A DNA stretch of 63,671 bases, counting the filler, from Nemertoderma westbladi (Eukaryota > Animalia > Xenacoelomorpha): assembly GCA_032718475.1 (NCBI GenBank). It is 4 parts of 4 records of this genome, joined end to end, with 100 filler letters (N's around TTAATTAATTAA, not from the genome) between each part and the next. Parts side by side here need not be neighbours in the genome. Positions count along the whole stretch, not along the records: positions 56,751 to 63,671 come from JAUCBJ010000839.1; 3 more parts are not named here. One strand, 5' to 3'. Position numbers and translations under genes: made by a program. The notes below the pieces were generated by a model. It did not search any database and was not told the DNA's origin. It worked only from the letters and a program-made list of their open reading frames with translations. Below, piece after piece: positions 62,587-63,671 of the stretch (positions within the stretch are counted from its first letter, which is position 1; the number at the start of each line of letters is the position of its first letter).

Positions 62587-63464
62587 AACTCCACCAACTG
62601 GCTCCAGAAGTCGAGGAAATCCTGCCAAGTACCCAACTGATCTAAACTTTGCTGATGACTTAGGAGTACTCTCAGAATCACTAGAGGGAGCCCAACGGCT
62701 CCAGCTCATTAGAACAGGCTGTTGCTAGTGTTGGTCTTTTTTTTAACTCCAAAAAGACCAAAATTTTGACAGTTAACCTTGAAAGTCATCAGCAAGTTTC
62801 TGAACGGATGAGCATAAGCTGAAAGGATGGTATGCTTGAGCATGTGGACGACTTCTGTTACCTGGGATCATTGATCCTGGAATCCATTGATCCAGGTGAG
62901 GACCTTCAAATACGTAAGGGAAAGACATGGGTAGCCTTAAATAGGCTTTTCAGGATTTAGAAGTCACAGAGAATTAATCGGAAACTTAAGGTCCGATTAT
63001 TTAGAGTAGCAGTAGTTCGAGTACTCCTCTATGGGAGTCCATGCTGGGCTCTAACTACTGATGACACCAAATCTGTGGATGGCACATTCACAAGAATGCT
63101 ACGCCGGGTTCATTGTGTCAAGTACAATGCACACATCTCCAACCAGACACTATATAACATTGGAGGTGTCTCATTGGTACCACCAAGCTTAACATTAGAA
63201 CAAAGTCTCCTCCGCTTTGTGGGACATTGCTTTCGCCGTGAGGATCAGCCAGTGCATGATCTTGTGCATTGGCAGCCTCATGGAGTGAATAAGCATGGTG
63301 GACAGCCCATGACTTTCTTGAGACGTATCTTAAAGGACACTGGCCTTGAAGATGCGGATGATCTAGCAAATGTCATGGGTGATAGGGAGTTGTGGCGGTG
63401 CAATTTTGTTGACAAGCCGGCACAGCATTCTTAAACATGCAGCTGCAATGCAGCATGCCGATCC

Positions 63465-63492
<28 letters not shown>
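62586..63492 (+). mobile_element. Degenerate 5'-truncated RTE LINE (family A) with (TAG)n tail
   Basis: Collinear with 49415-50295 but with indels and stops; long AGT tail at ~63466-63492. Confidence 0.92.
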
Positions 63493-63496
<4 letters not shown>

Positions 63497-63532
63497 AACA
63501 TCAATTTTTTTTACAGTGAGGTTATTATTTCC

Positions 63533-63671
63533 GTATATTAACTCTAGAACATTGCAATATTGTATGTATATTAACTCGAGAACATTACAATATTGTATGT
63601 ATATTAACTCGAGAACATTACAATATTGTATGTATATTAACTCGAGAACATTACAATATTGTATGTATATT
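63533..63671. repeat. 33-bp tandem repeat TATATTAACTCGAGAACATTACAATATTGTATG
   Basis: Four or more copies running off the window end. Confidence 0.9.

Overview
Repeat-rich, AT-rich eukaryotic (invertebrate-like animal) genomic DNA made of four contigs joined by artificial 100-bp spacers (N44-TTAATTAATTAA-N44 at 22144, 48791 and 56651), so order across the spacers is not guaranteed. Host genes: an intronless SVOP-like MFS transporter (-), the 3' exons of an hnRNP A/B-family gene (-; RRM2 plus Gly-rich tail, with a 4.8-kb 12-mer satellite in one intron), an intronless TM9SF3 (+), and an orphan basic Gly/Arg/Lys-rich ORF. Mobile DNA: a young but frameshift-riddled Ty3/Gypsy (Mag-like) LTR element with 5-bp TSD, an apparently intact CR1-like LINE, two Penelope-like elements with inverted pLTRs and hammerhead-ribozyme motifs, several RTE LINEs, piggyBac-, Kolobok- and Harbinger-like MITEs, Helentron/HINE-like elements and many tandem repeats. 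The most notable signal is the CR1-like LINE: ORF2 has no AUG ahead of its endonuclease domain and overlaps the end of ORF1 in the -1 frame at a G_GGA_AAC slippery site followed by a predicted pseudoknot, suggesting retrovirus-style programmed -1 frameshifting in a non-LTR element.
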